Origin: Coriobacteriia bacterium
GTDB lineage: Bacteria; Actinomycetota; Coriobacteriia; Coriobacteriales; UMGS124
Reading direction: 5' to 3'
NCBI GenBank assembly: GCA_018368455.1
Contig: JAGZEG010000005.1
Coordinates: forward strand, 22,322 to 86,321
Length of the DNA: 64,000 bases
The stretch's first letter is position 1, and every line of letters begins with the position of its first letter. Below the pieces are notes generated by a model, which saw nothing but the letters and a program-made list of their open reading frames with translations, did not search any database and was not told where the DNA came from. Shown piece after piece: positions 27,856 to 36,350 of this stretch. A program made the position numbers and the translations under genes.

Positions 27856-28100
27856 GCCGTTGCACCTCCGATTGTCGTGTGGGGGTGTCGGCGCAAATCG
27901 TAGGCGCGCTATCCCGAAAGACCCGGTTAACTGGTACTGCACGCCACCCTACCATCACCTGCGCAAACGCCCAATCATCCGAAAGGTATGAGCCCCCACA
28001 CAGCATATCGAAGAGTTCGGAAGAGGTGTGGTGCCCGCCCTATCCCGTACTGTGAACGTCAGGTTCGCACGGTATGCACGGCGACAAGGAGGAACGCAAC

Positions 28101-29753
28101 ATGAGTGAGGGAATCGAGCGCAGGGACTTTCTGAAGACGGCCGCTCTGGGCGGCGCCGCGCTTGGTCTGGGCGCTCTGGCCCCGAAGGCCCAGGCGCAGA
28201 CCATCGTGAGCGAGCTCCCGCAGACGTGGGATTACGAGGCCGACGTCGTCATCGTGGGTTACGGCATCGCCGGCGCCGCCGCGGCGCGCGAGGCCATTGC
28301 CGAGGGCGTGAGCTGCATCGTCCTGGAGAAGTGCGACGAGGTCATGTGCGGCGGCTCCACGTGCGCCAGCGCCGGCGCCGTCTTCCCGAACAACGTTGAC
28401 AACATGTACGTGTGGTCGCGCGGCTACATCAGCAAGGAGACGATCCAGGCTGTCTCCGACGAGGGCCTCGCGGTTGCCACGTGGCTCGACGCCAACGGCC
28501 TTGACCGCACGACTGGCGGCAAGGGCGTCTGGGCGACGGCCAAGAAGATCGTCGACGGCTGCGGCGTGACCGTGCTGTACGAGACGCCTGGCAAGCAGCT
28601 CATCGCCGACCCCGTGACGCACGAGGTATTCGGCGTGCAGGCCGAGGACAAGGACGGCAACCCCGTCACGGTGAAGGCCAACCGCGGCGTGCTGCTCTCC
28701 ACGGGCGGCTTCCTGGGCAACCAGGAGCTCGTGGCCCGCTTCGTCGTGCCGAAGGAGGTGGGCCTGGCCAACCAGGGCGCCCCGACGTGCACGGGCGACG
28801 GCCTACTCATGGGCCTGTCGGTGGGCGCGGCCCTCAAGAACCTGACGTGGATGTGCCTCGAGCTCAACGGCCAGGCCAGCGTCGCCTACAAGAAGGCGAG
28901 CGACGAGCTCGGCACCGCCATGCTGCACACGCCCGACGGCGAGTTCTGCGGCGCGCGCATCATCGTCAACGCCCAGGGCAAGCGCTTCATGGACGAGGAC
29001 AAGGAGTTCATCCACACGAAGTGCCTGTACGAGCCGTTTAACTACGGCGGTGGCTGGATGGCCTACCAGGGCTTCACGAACCTGCCGATGTACCTCATCT
29101 TCGACTCCCAGCTCATGGACGGCGGCAAGCTGAGCGGTGCCGGCACGCTGGGCAACATCGGCTGGTCGTACGCCAAGGACATCTACACGTGGAGCGACGA
29201 CAACAAGGCCGAGCTCGAGAAGGGCTGGTTCGTCCAGGCCGACACCATCGAGGAGCTCGTCGAGAAGCTCGCGGAGTCCAGCGGCAACGACCCCATCGAT
29301 GCCGCGGCGCTGCAGGAGACGATCGACACGTACAACGGCTACTGCGAGCAGGGCGTCGACCCCGAGTTCCACCGCGCCGAGCAGCCGAACGCCTACTACG
29401 GCACGCCGAAGCTGCAGGCCCTGGGCCAGCCGCCGTACTACGCGGCCCAGCTCGTGCCGTGCGCCATCTATACGATCGGCGGCCTGCACTGGGGCGAGAA
29501 CGGCGAGACGCTCGACTGGGACGGCAACCCGATCCCCGGCCTGTATCACGCCGGCGACGTGGGCCAGTACAGCGAGGTGTCCGTCGTGGGCATCGAGGAC
29601 TGCATGGGCATGGGCTCCTACGCCTGCCGCACGATCTGCGCGCAGCCTGTTCGCGAGATCCCCGGCGAGGCCACGAATGTCGTCGAGGTCCCGACGGCCG
29701 ACATGATGGCTGCCGCCGACATCACGGCTGTCGCGGCGCCTGCGGCCCAGTAG
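28101..29753 (+). CDS. Tat-exported FAD-binding flavoprotein reductase (fumarate reductase/flavocytochrome-c flavin-domain family)
   Basis: AAGGAGGAA RBS. Signal RRDFLKTAALGGAALGLGALAPKAQA and dinucleotide fold DVVIVGYGIAGAAAA. 550 aa. Confidence 0.85.
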   Translation: MSEGIERRDFLKTAALGGAALGLGALAPKAQAQTIVSELPQTWDYEADVVIVGYGIAGAAAAREAIAEGVSCIVLEKCDEVMCGGSTCASAGAVFPNNVDNMYVWSRGYISKETIQAVSDEGLAVATWLDANGLDRTTGGKGVWATAKKIVDGCGVTVLYETPGKQLIADPVTHEVFGVQAEDKDGNPVTVKANRGVLLSTGGFLGNQELVARFVVPKEVGLANQGAPTCTGDGLLMGLSVGAALKNLTWMCLELNGQASVAYKKASDELGTAMLHTPDGEFCGARIIVNAQGKRFMDEDKEFIHTKCLYEPFNYGGGWMAYQGFTNLPMYLIFDSQLMDGGKLSGAGTLGNIGWSYAKDIYTWSDDNKAELEKGWFVQADTIEELVEKLAESSGNDPIDAAALQETIDTYNGYCEQGVDPEFHRAEQPNAYYGTPKLQALGQPPYYAAQLVPCAIYTIGGLHWGENGETLDWDGNPIPGLYHAGDVGQYSEVSVVGIEDCMGMGSYACRTICAQPVREIPGEATNVVEVPTADMMAAADITAVAAPAAQ

Positions 29754-29781
29754 ACACGACAGCACGGCGAGCGTTTCCAAC

Positions 29782-29817
29782 GACCCGGTCTCTCCATGCG
29801 AGGGGCCGGGTCTTTTC
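29782..29817 (+). terminator. putative terminator after the flavoprotein gene
   Basis: GACCCGG ... CCGGGTC stem followed by TTTT. Confidence 0.5.
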
Positions 29818-30061
29818 GTGCGACTCCCGGTTTGTGAATCTTCTTTCAGGCTTGCTTGCGTTTGCGCAAGGAGGGGAGGACTTTTCCCGTCGAGTCATCT
29901 GCGGGCCCGCGCCTTGGATATACTTCAGGGCAGATTATCTTGAGCGGGCCGAGTGTGGAGCGCGCATCGCTTTCCCAGGTGATGCGGGTTGCCGGCGGCC
30001 CTGGCTGCTGAGGAGGCGTCCCCTCGCGTGGCGACGGCGGGCGCGGAAGGAGCGTGCTGGC

Positions 30062-30745
30062 ATGAATTCTCAGGCTAAGAAGCGCCTTACGCTTGTGGGC
30101 CTCATCGTCGTCGTTGTGGCGCTGCTGCTGTTCGTGTTCCTGGGCTCGGGCGGCACGGCGAAGGCCCTGTCGGTGGGCGACGCCGCCTCCGGCCAGTACG
30201 AGGGCAAGAAGGTGCAGGTCTCGGGCACGGTCGTTGATGGCTCCTACACGACGCAGGGCACGACGGCCGTCTTCCAGGTCTGCGACGAGGCCGACGCCTC
30301 CCAGACGCTCGACGTCACGTATGACGGTGCGCTTCCGGCCACGTTTGGCAACGGCGTCACGGCCATCTGCACGGGCACGGTCACGGACGGCGCGCTGCAC
30401 GCCACGGAGATGGTGACGAAGTGCCCCTCCAAGTACGAGAGTGCCGAGGGCGCCCTCACGGTGGGCGTGATGTTCCACAACCCGAGCGCCTACATCGGCA
30501 CGGAGGTTAAGCTCGCCGGCTATGTCACGGATGGCTCGCTGGCCGACGTGAACGCCGACGTGCGCTTCAACCTGAACTCGCAGGAGGCCAGCGTCGACGT
30601 CGCCTACGACGGCGCGCTGCCCGAGGGCATGGAGGAGGGCACGGCCGTCGTTGTGACGGGAAAGCTCTCCCAGGACATGACGGTCTTCGAGGCCACCGAC
30701 GTTGCGATCGACTCCAGCGTCAGCGCCGCGGGGGAGAACGCGTAA
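30062..30745 (+). CDS. ccmE: cytochrome c maturation heme chaperone CcmE, CxxxY variant with duplicated OB domain
   Basis: ATG at 30062 and an N-terminal TM anchor. OB domain with VTYDGALPATFGNG and ATEMVTKCPSKYES, aligning to E. coli AKEVLAKHDENYTP. A second OB-like domain follows (VAYDGALPEGMEEG) that lacks the motif. Confidence 0.8.
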   Translation: MNSQAKKRLTLVGLIVVVVALLLFVFLGSGGTAKALSVGDAASGQYEGKKVQVSGTVVDGSYTTQGTTAVFQVCDEADASQTLDVTYDGALPATFGNGVTAICTGTVTDGALHATEMVTKCPSKYESAEGALTVGVMFHNPSAYIGTEVKLAGYVTDGSLADVNADVRFNLNSQEASVDVAYDGALPEGMEEGTAVVVTGKLSQDMTVFEATDVAIDSSVSAAGENA

Positions 30746-30824
30746 GCGAGCGCTAGGCTCGCATCGGGGAATGCACGGACGTACGTCGGCGCGACTGGGC
30801 CGGCGTGGAGAGGGCGGTCAACAC

Positions 30825-33053
30825 ATGGTTTCGTACGCACTGGGAACGCTGGGCGCGCTTGCGCTGTGGGCGTGCCTGCTGAGCTCGCTCGCATCGGTCG
30901 TCTGCCTCGCATGGGGACAGGCGCGGCGCAGCCCCGCCCTCAAGCAGGCGGGCTTTGCGCTCGTGTTTGTCTCGGCAGCCACTATCCTCATCAGCTGCCT
31001 CGTCATCGTGCATGGCTTCTTTGCGCACAACGTCGCCATCGCGTACGTGGCGCAGAACTATCCCACCGACACGGGCGACGGCCTGTTCTGGCTGTTCCAG
31101 CTCGCCGGCCTGTGGGCGAGCCGCGCCGGGTCACTGCTGCTGTGGGGCTTCCTCATCGCGGCCTTTGCGGCCTGGGTTGCCTGGCGGCGCCGCAAGCACG
31201 CTGACGACCTGACGACGGTCGCTCTCGTCATCACCGAGGTTGTGCTCATCCTGTTCGTCATGACGATGCTGTTCTCCTCGAGCAACAACCCGTTCGTGGC
31301 GACGAGCCCCTCGCTCATCGACGAGAACGGCAACCTGACGGGTTCAGCGGCGAGCTGGGGCATGAACGTCCTGCTCGAGCACTGGGCCATGGCGCTGCAC
31401 CCGCCGACACTGTTCATCGGCTACGCCGGCATGACGATCCCGTTCGCGTATGGCATCGCCGCCCTCGTCGTCAACGACCCGTCGCACCGCTGGATCGACC
31501 TGTGCCAGCGCATCGCCCTGTTCTCGTTCATCTTCCTGACGATCGGCATCGGCCTCGGCGCCGTGTGGGCCTACGTCGTGCTGGGCTGGGGCGGCTACTG
31601 GGGCTGGGACCCCGTCGAGAACGCGAGCCTGCTGTCGTGGCTCACGAGCGTTGCGATGCTGCACAGCTTCAACGTCTACCGCAAGCGCGACATGATGCGC
31701 GGCTGGGCGCTACTCGCCGCCACGCTGACGTTCTGCTTCGTCGTGCTCGGCACGTTCATCACGCGCTCCGGCCTCGTGCAGTCTGTCCACGCGTTCTCCG
31801 AGGACCAGGTCTCCACGGTCATCTTCCTGCTCATCATGAGCGCGGCCATGCTCGCGCTGCTCGTGGGCTGGTTCGTGCGCCGCTCCACGTTTGCGAGTGG
31901 TGACGACATCGAGTCCGTCATCTCGAAGAACGGCTCTTTCTACCTGACGAACCTCATCATGGTGTTCTCGGCCGTGCTGCTGGCCTACCTCACGATTTCC
32001 AGCGCCCTGCCCGCCTGGCTGCCTGCCGGCGGCGTCACGGTGGGCGCTGGCGCGTACGACTCCGTGTCGCGTCCGCTCGGCGTCGTGTTCTGCGCGCTTG
32101 CGGCCGTGTGCCCGTTCCTTGCGTGGCGCAAGACGGACGGCGCGGAGTTCGCCAAGAACATCCGCGTGCCCGCCGTCATCGGCATCGTCCTGTTCGTGTT
32201 GCTCATGGTGCTGTGGGTCACGCGCCTGTTCCCGGCGTACAACGCGCTGCTCGCCAGCGGCGGCACGCCGGCAGCCGACCTGGCGGCCATGGGTCCGTCG
32301 TGGTACTACAACGGCCTCGCCATCCTGGGCCTGCTCGTCGCGGCGCTGCTCGTGGCCAACTCTGCGTACCTCGTCGTGCGTGGCGTACGCGGCCGCATGG
32401 CCAACAAGAGCGAGAACGCCGGCCAGGCCATCGTGCGCCTGTTTGCCAAGGCTCCCGCTCAGGCGGGCGGCTACCTGACGCACTTCGGCCTCGGCATCGT
32501 ACTCGTGGGCCTCATCGCGTCGAGCATGTACGTCACGGAGCACACGTTCACGCTCGACGAGGGCACGACGCAGCAGATGCAGCTCGGCAGCTACACGCTC
32601 GAGTACCGTGGCGACTCCAACGCTTATGACCAGTCGAACAACATCGTGTACACGGCCAAGATCGGCGTGACGCGTGACGGCACCGACCTCGGCGAGATGC
32701 AGCCCACGGTTGCGCTCACGGCTTCTAGCGGCTACGGCCAGACGAAGCTGTCGGCCGAGACGCGTTCCTCGTTCTTCGAGGACCTGTTTGTCGCGTTCCA
32801 GGGCTACACGTCTGATGGCTCCGTTGTCATCAACGCCCGCGTCAACCCGCTCATCTGGATGGTGTGGGCAGGCTTTGGCATCATGACGGTCGGCATCATC
32901 GCGTGCACGCTGCCCAAGCGTGGCGGCGCCCTGCAGGTGGTTGACAGCGCCACGACGCCCGAGCCCGTGAAGTTCGTCGCGGGCCAGGCCAACGTCAAGG
33001 GCGGCGCGGCGTCGGCCAAGGCCAAGAAGGCTCGTCCGAGGAAGTCGAAGTAG
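30825..33053 (+). CDS. ccmF: cytochrome c heme lyase subunit CcmF
   Basis: ATG at 30825. Polytopic protein with WWD motif WGGYWGWDPVENASLLSWL. Confidence 0.85.
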   Translation: MVSYALGTLGALALWACLLSSLASVVCLAWGQARRSPALKQAGFALVFVSAATILISCLVIVHGFFAHNVAIAYVAQNYPTDTGDGLFWLFQLAGLWASRAGSLLLWGFLIAAFAAWVAWRRRKHADDLTTVALVITEVVLILFVMTMLFSSSNNPFVATSPSLIDENGNLTGSAASWGMNVLLEHWAMALHPPTLFIGYAGMTIPFAYGIAALVVNDPSHRWIDLCQRIALFSFIFLTIGIGLGAVWAYVVLGWGGYWGWDPVENASLLSWLTSVAMLHSFNVYRKRDMMRGWALLAATLTFCFVVLGTFITRSGLVQSVHAFSEDQVSTVIFLLIMSAAMLALLVGWFVRRSTFASGDDIESVISKNGSFYLTNLIMVFSAVLLAYLTISSALPAWLPAGGVTVGAGAYDSVSRPLGVVFCALAAVCPFLAWRKTDGAEFAKNIRVPAVIGIVLFVLLMVLWVTRLFPAYNALLASGGTPAADLAAMGPSWYYNGLAILGLLVAALLVANSAYLVVRGVRGRMANKSENAGQAIVRLFAKAPAQAGGYLTHFGLGIVLVGLIASSMYVTEHTFTLDEGTTQQMQLGSYTLEYRGDSNAYDQSNNIVYTAKIGVTRDGTDLGEMQPTVALTASSGYGQTKLSAETRSSFFEDLFVAFQGYTSDGSVVINARVNPLIWMVWAGFGIMTVGIIACTLPKRGGALQVVDSATTPEPVKFVAGQANVKGGAASAKAKKARPRKSK

Positions 33054-33054
33054 C

Positions 33055-33816
33055 ATGGACATCGCACGCAAGGGGGAAGCGAGCGCCGTGGCGCCGGGGG
33101 ACGCCGAGCTTGCGATAGACGCGCGCGACCTGTGCAAGGTGTTTGGCGACCGGCGGGCGCTCGACGGCGTGGACTTCGCGCTGCCCGCCGGCGCCTTCCT
33201 GTCGATATTCGGGCCCAACGGCGCCGGCAAGACGACGCTGCTGCGCATCCTGTCGACGTTGTCGCGCCCGACGCACGGCAAGCTCTCCATGCTCGGCGTC
33301 GACGCGCTCGAGCACCCCGAGGAGCTGCGTGCCCGCATCGGCCTCATCTCGCATAAGTCCATGGTGTACGGTGATCTCACGGCGCGCGAGAACCTCGAGC
33401 TGTTCGCGCGGCTCTACGGCGTTCCCGACGCCCGCGAGCGCATCAGCGAGCTGCTTGAGGTCGTCGAGCTCGACCACCGCGCCAACGACGCGGCCCGCAC
33501 GTTCTCGCGTGGCATGACGCAGCGTCTCTCCATTGCACGCGCTCTCATCAACGACCCCGACCTCGTGCTGCTCGACGAGCCGTACGCGGGCCTCGACCCG
33601 CACGCGGTGCACCTGTTCGACGAGCTCATTGGTCGCGTGCGCGCCGGTCGCACGTTTGTCATGGTGTCGCACGACCTCGACAAGGGTTTCTCGCTGTGCT
33701 CGCACGCACTCATCCTGGCGCGCGGCCGCGTCGTGGCGTTCGACGCGCGCGAGAACTTCGACGCCGAGGAGTTCCGCAAGACGTACCTGGAGACGGTCGG
33801 GATGGGGGTGGCGTAG
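33055..33816 (+). CDS. ccmA: heme exporter ATP-binding protein CcmA
   Basis: Walker A GPNGAGKTT, ABC signature SRGMTQRLSIA, Walker B LVLLDEP. Confidence 0.85.
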   Translation: MDIARKGEASAVAPGDAELAIDARDLCKVFGDRRALDGVDFALPAGAFLSIFGPNGAGKTTLLRILSTLSRPTHGKLSMLGVDALEHPEELRARIGLISHKSMVYGDLTARENLELFARLYGVPDARERISELLEVVELDHRANDAARTFSRGMTQRLSIARALINDPDLVLLDEPYAGLDPHAVHLFDELIGRVRAGRTFVMVSHDLDKGFSLCSHALILARGRVVAFDARENFDAEEFRKTYLETVGMGVA

Positions 33817-34548
33817 ATGGGTGCGAACGATGCCGGCGATTCCCGTCGCGGCCCGAGCGCGTGGTCGCAGTACCGCACGCTGCTTGCCAAAGACGTGCGC
33901 ATGGAGCTGCGCACGCGCGACATGCTCGTCTCCATGGGCGTGTACGCGCTGCTCGTGCTCACGGTGTATGGCGCGACGCTTTCGCAGACCGGCGACGCGC
34001 TTGACGTGCTCAACGTCGCCGCGGGCCTGCTGTGGGCGCTCATCGTGTTCACGTCGCTGCTCGGCCTCAACCGCTCGTTCTCGCACGAGACGGCTGACGG
34101 CTGCCTCGAGGGCGTGCTGCTCGCGCCCGTGAGCCGCGGCGCCATCTTCTTCGCCAAGGCTACGAGCAACTGCCTGTTCCTGCTTGCTGTCGAGATCATC
34201 ACCGTGCCGCTGTTCTTCCTGTTCTTCCTTGGCGGCGCTCAGGTGGCGCCCACGGCTGGGCTCATCGTGCTGCCGCTGTTCGTCGGTACGATCGGCGTGG
34301 CGGGCGTCGGCACGTTTCTTTCCACGATGACGATGGACACGCGCGGCAAGGACGTGCTGCTCGCGATCCTGTTCATCCCGCTCATCTTCCCGCTGCTTTA
34401 CGCCTGTGTGTCGTCGACGGCCGTGGCGCTGACAGGCGTCGAGGGGCAGATGGTGACGTTCTGGCGCTCTCTGGCGCTGGCCGGCGGCTACGACATCATC
34501 ATGGTGGCCGTGGCCTGGGGCTTGTACGATTTCGTCGTTGGTTCGTAG
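33817..34548 (+). CDS. ccmB: heme exporter membrane protein CcmB
   Basis: TAGATG junction with ccmA. About 240-aa six-TM protein in the CcmB position. Confidence 0.8.
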   Translation: MGANDAGDSRRGPSAWSQYRTLLAKDVRMELRTRDMLVSMGVYALLVLTVYGATLSQTGDALDVLNVAAGLLWALIVFTSLLGLNRSFSHETADGCLEGVLLAPVSRGAIFFAKATSNCLFLLAVEIITVPLFFLFFLGGAQVAPTAGLIVLPLFVGTIGVAGVGTFLSTMTMDTRGKDVLLAILFIPLIFPLLYACVSSTAVALTGVEGQMVTFWRSLALAGGYDIIMVAVAWGLYDFVVGS

Positions 34549-34635
34549 TCGGGCGGGGCGCGACTGGCGCCCCGTCTGCACGTATCTGCTGGGTGGGCCC
34601 GCTGGGCTCGCACATGAAAGGAAAGGAGGCGAGCC

Positions 34636-35406
34636 GTGGCGGATACCAAGCGCTCTGGCGCGTCCCGGATACCGTGGGATACCGTTGCTATCGTGACGCT
34701 TGTCCTGGGGCTCATTCTGACGACGTTCGACTTTCTGTGGGCGTTCCTGAAGGCCCCGATGGTCAACGGCGCCGTGCTCGACGAGACGTACGTTGTGAAC
34801 GGACAGGTCGTCGATCACCTGCAGCTGTTCTCGCAGAAGATCTTCTACTTCCACGTGCCCGTGGCCGTCGTGTCGTTCGTGTTCATCATCGTGGCTGCCG
34901 TCTACGGCGTGCTGCTGCTCGTGCGCAAGGACGCACGCTATGACACGCGCTCGCGCCTGTGCATGCAGGTGGGCCTCGTGTTCATCCTGGCAACGATGGT
35001 GTCGGGCGACCTGTGGACGCGCGTCGAGTGGGGCGTCTGGTGGGTGTGGGAGCCGCGCTTGACGACGTATTTCATCCTCATGCTTCTCGTCATCGCCTAC
35101 TTCATCCTGCGCGCGGCCATCGATGACCCCGAGAAGCGCGCCCGGTTCTCGGCCGTGTTTGGCATCCTCGCCGCCGTGGACGCGCCCATCTCGTTCTTCA
35201 TCACGCGCCTTATTCCCTCGTCCATCCACCCGGTCGTGTTCCGCACCGACTCCGGCCTGCCGCCTGACATGCTGCTGCCCTTCCTGTGCGGTATCTTCGG
35301 CATGCTGCTGGCGGGCTTTGGCATCTACCGCCTGCGCCTGCGCGTCGAGGAGCAGGCCCAGCAGGTCGAGGCTCTCAAGCGCCGCTTCGAGGAGCTCGAC
35401 GACTAG
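34636..35406 (+). CDS. ccmC: heme exporter/heme-handling protein CcmC
   Basis: GTG after GAAAGGAGG. WWD-type motif WGVWWVWEPRLTT. Confidence 0.85.
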   Translation: MADTKRSGASRIPWDTVAIVTLVLGLILTTFDFLWAFLKAPMVNGAVLDETYVVNGQVVDHLQLFSQKIFYFHVPVAVVSFVFIIVAAVYGVLLLVRKDARYDTRSRLCMQVGLVFILATMVSGDLWTRVEWGVWWVWEPRLTTYFILMLLVIAYFILRAAIDDPEKRARFSAVFGILAAVDAPISFFITRLIPSSIHPVVFRTDSGLPPDMLLPFLCGIFGMLLAGFGIYRLRLRVEEQAQQVEALKRRFEELDD

Positions 35407-35454
35407 GGCTCGACGCCCGACCCGACGATTCGCTGACTCTCAAAGGAGACTGCC

Positions 35455-35649
35455 ATGGATCCTGTACTTGCTGACGTGTACTCGACGGCCCTGAGCTCGG
35501 CCCCGTTCGTCATTGCTGCCTATGCGCTCATCTGGATCATCCTGATGGCCTTCGCCATCGCGATGTTCATCAAGAGCCGCAAGACGCAGAAGGACATCGA
35601 CGCGCTCAAGGAGGCCATCGAGCGCCGTGAGCGCAAGCAGCGTCCGTAG
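35455..35649 (+). CDS. small single-TM protein, CcmD-like by position
   Basis: AAAGGAGA RBS. 64 aa with one TM helix and a charged C-terminal tail, immediately after ccmC. Confidence 0.5.
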   Translation: MDPVLADVYSTALSSAPFVIAAYALIWIILMAFAIAMFIKSRKTQKDIDALKEAIERRERKQRP

Positions 35650-35675
35650 CTGTGGACGACATACGATATCTCGCC

Positions 35676-35722
35676 GCCCCGGGAGCCTGCGCAGATCACG
35701 CGCGCGGCCCCGGGGCGTTTTT
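35676..35722 (+). terminator. putative terminator of the ccm operon
   Basis: GCCCCGGG ... CCCGGGGC stem followed by GTTTTTG. Confidence 0.45.
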
Positions 35723-36059
35723 GTGCCGCGTGCGAGCGAGCCGGGTGGGCCCTGGGGCGTAAGTCCCCTGGCTGCGACTGACGGACGGCGCATGTGGCCC
35801 CGAGGTGTTCTCGTAGCGAGGGCGAGACTGCGGTCGCGCCATGGATCGCGGTCGCGCTTTGGGACGCGTACCTGCGCGGGTATGGCTGCAGGGAGGGATG
35901 CGAGGCCCCAGAAGCGGTCCCTGCAGTGTGCGCGAGCGGCTGGGAGTGCTCCGGGATGCGACTGTCGGGCTACATCGGCGCCCCGTTCTCGGGCCTCAGC
36001 TTGCGGGATGATTCTCGGCAGGGGGAGGGGTAGCGTGCGGTTGCGCCCCAGGCTGTAGC

Positions 36060-36165
36060 CGTCGGACCGATTTCTGGCCAGGAAGGGGAGGCGTGCATGG
36101 CGCTCCCGACGCCGTCTCCCTCCTCGACCTGCGCGACTCGCTATTCACCTGCGGTTTTGGCACGT
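36060..36165 (-). repeat. partial inverted copy (D) of the ~160-nt intergenic repeat
   Basis: The reverse complement reads CAAAACCGCAGGTG-N~50-CCATGCACGCCTCCCCTTCCTGGCCAGAAATCGG, matching the central and 3' blocks of copies A and B. Confidence 0.6.
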
Positions 36166-36350
36166 CACCTCCGCCTTGTGGGAATCTGTCGGGTCAGCTG
36201 GCCATACACGCGCGCCCGTTTGGGACAGAAAGTGTCCCTTTAGCTGAGTCTGCACCTCGTTTCGGTGCCCGCAGAGGTTTTTTCGGCTGCGCCCCGGAGC
36301 TGTGAAATGCGGCATACTATGCGAAAACGGGAGTCGGCGGAGGGGTGCGC

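Noticed and set aside
29189-30061. N-terminal 291 codons of ORF 29189-30745
   Set aside because: They overlap the 3' end of the flavoprotein gene in another frame and are Arg/Pro-rich. A proper ATG at 30062 begins with a lysine-rich segment plus TM anchor, as expected for CcmE.
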